A DNA stretch of 56,506 nt, filler included, from Sphacelaria rigidula (Eukaryota), in assembly GCA_964200075.2 (NCBI GenBank). It is 5 parts of 5 records of this genome, joined end to end, with 100 filler letters (N's around TTAATTAATTAA, not from the genome) between each part and the next. Parts side by side here need not be neighbours in the genome. Positions count along the whole stretch, not along the records: positions 45,287 to 56,506 come from CAXNAA020005219.1; 4 more parts are not named here. The stretch is one strand, 5' to 3'. The position numbers were made by a program, and so were the translations under genes. Below are positions 55,385 to 56,506 of this stretch, in pieces. Positions within the stretch are counted from its first letter, which is position 1. Each line of letters starts with the position of its first letter. A model generated the notes under the pieces. The model had not been told where the DNA came from. It worked only from the letters and a program-made list of their open reading frames with translations, and searched no databases.

Positions 55385-56365
55385 TTTATATTGCCCGCTC
55401 AATATGTCGACGCGTCGGGTAGTCAGTATATATTGGGCGAGCAATACGATGACACGAGAGACGGGTAAATTTCGCGCCATCACTATGTCAAGGGTCGCGA
55501 CGTGTCACATATATCGACCGAACAATATATCACGACAGGCGCCACCTCACTATATATTGACCGAGTAATATGTTGGTGCGGTAAGGCGCCAATATGTATC
55601 TATATATATAGAGAGAAAGAGATTTGTCCAATAATATATTGTCTGCCACACGAGGTCAATATATATTGACGATTCAAGGTACTCAACACCCGAAGCGCCA
55701 AGGGCTTTTGACACTAAGCCGCAACTGGCGTCGTTAGCCCGGACGTATCACTTGTATGCGTCCGATTTCCATTTACCCTCTTTTTGCAACACCTCTGGGG
55801 ACACTCCTGCTGCCGACAAGTGGGTGGCACCACCAATCCGCAAGGAGTGCAACGCGTAGAAGTCAAGGGCCTGTCGAAAAAAGATTTCGGGACACGTGGG
55901 CCCCATGTTGAGGATGGGATGAGAATCTTGGGTTGAGAAGTGAAATTTAGTTTTTGGATTAGTTTTTGGACAAGGGGAAAACAGTCTATATTGCCGCCTC
56001 AATATCTCGTGGGTCAATGCGTTCAATATATATATTGGGCGGACAATACACGAGGGAACCGACGGTCATAATACATACTGGTGTGGCAATATATATTGAT
56101 GACTCAACCTGTAGATTGGGAAGTGTATTGGAATTAGTAAAGTGGGCAGTTTCATGTTCGCGGGTGCCGTTGAAAGATATATCACCAGATGCCGAAAACG
56201 CTCAATATATTCCTCCGCAAGCGTGTCCAATATATATTGGCGGCACGGTAGCCATGCGATGAACATGCGCAATATATACTAGAAAAACAATAATTTTGCA
56301 TGGTTTGTGTTCGATGTGTATTATGTAGCAATATGTTACGCATCGCTTGGACCCAATATATGTAT
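55385..56365. repeat. Region with many CAATATATATTG-like palindromic motifs
   Basis: More than a dozen caatat/atattg motifs, with full palindromes at ~55658, ~56087 and ~56228. Confidence 0.7.
55690..55872 (-). pseudogene. Tyrosine recombinase C-terminal fragment (DIRS/Ngaro-type YR)
   Basis: DFYALHSLRIGGATHLSAAGVSPEVLQKEGKWKSDAYK*YVR contains HxxR, W and the catalytic Y; one in-frame stop; the N-terminal part is absent. Confidence 0.88.
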
Positions 56366-56506
56366 ATATAGGCTTTTGTTCACACGTAGGACAGCACATG
56401 AGCTAGCTCATCTGCGGGCGGTAGCTCACTTGTAGTCAAACATGTACATGTGAGCTACGTCCGATAGCTCAGCACAAGGTAAACGTGCGCTGATGAGCTA
56501 CGAGTT

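Overview
Eukaryotic, intron-rich and repeat-rich genomic DNA, most likely a brown alga (Phaeophyceae). The taxon is inferred from exon/intron style, a 72-nt LRR exon and the repeat families. The window is not one locus. It is five sequences of 11,222/11,222/11,222/11,220/11,220 bp joined by identical 100-bp spacers (N44-TTAATTAATTAA-N44), i.e. a size-sorted concatenation, so nothing should be linked across the spacers. Block 1 (1-11222): last three coding exons of a rhomboid protease RHBDD1/RHBDL4 gene (- strand, with UIM and VBM motifs) plus repeats. Block 2 (11323-22544): a decayed DIRS/Ngaro-like retrotransposon (gag with CCCH finger and start of RT, -) and a decayed Ty1/copia element (+). 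Block 3 (22645-33866): mostly repeats, LINE 3' ends and one isolated 72-nt LRR exon between two ~1.6-kb related repeats. Block 4 (33967-45186): an RTE-like LINE fragment, a Mutator-type foldback MITE with a 9-bp TSD and a matching empty site, and six exons of a TrhO/TSTD2-family rhodanese gene (+). Block 5 (45287-56506): a tRNA-derived SINE head, repeats, a candidate TIR element and a tyrosine-recombinase fragment. I cannot demonstrate a complete novel system. The best leads are the modular LRR exon, a repeat family capped by telomere-like hexamers, and a LINE that ends in and apparently targets poly-C.
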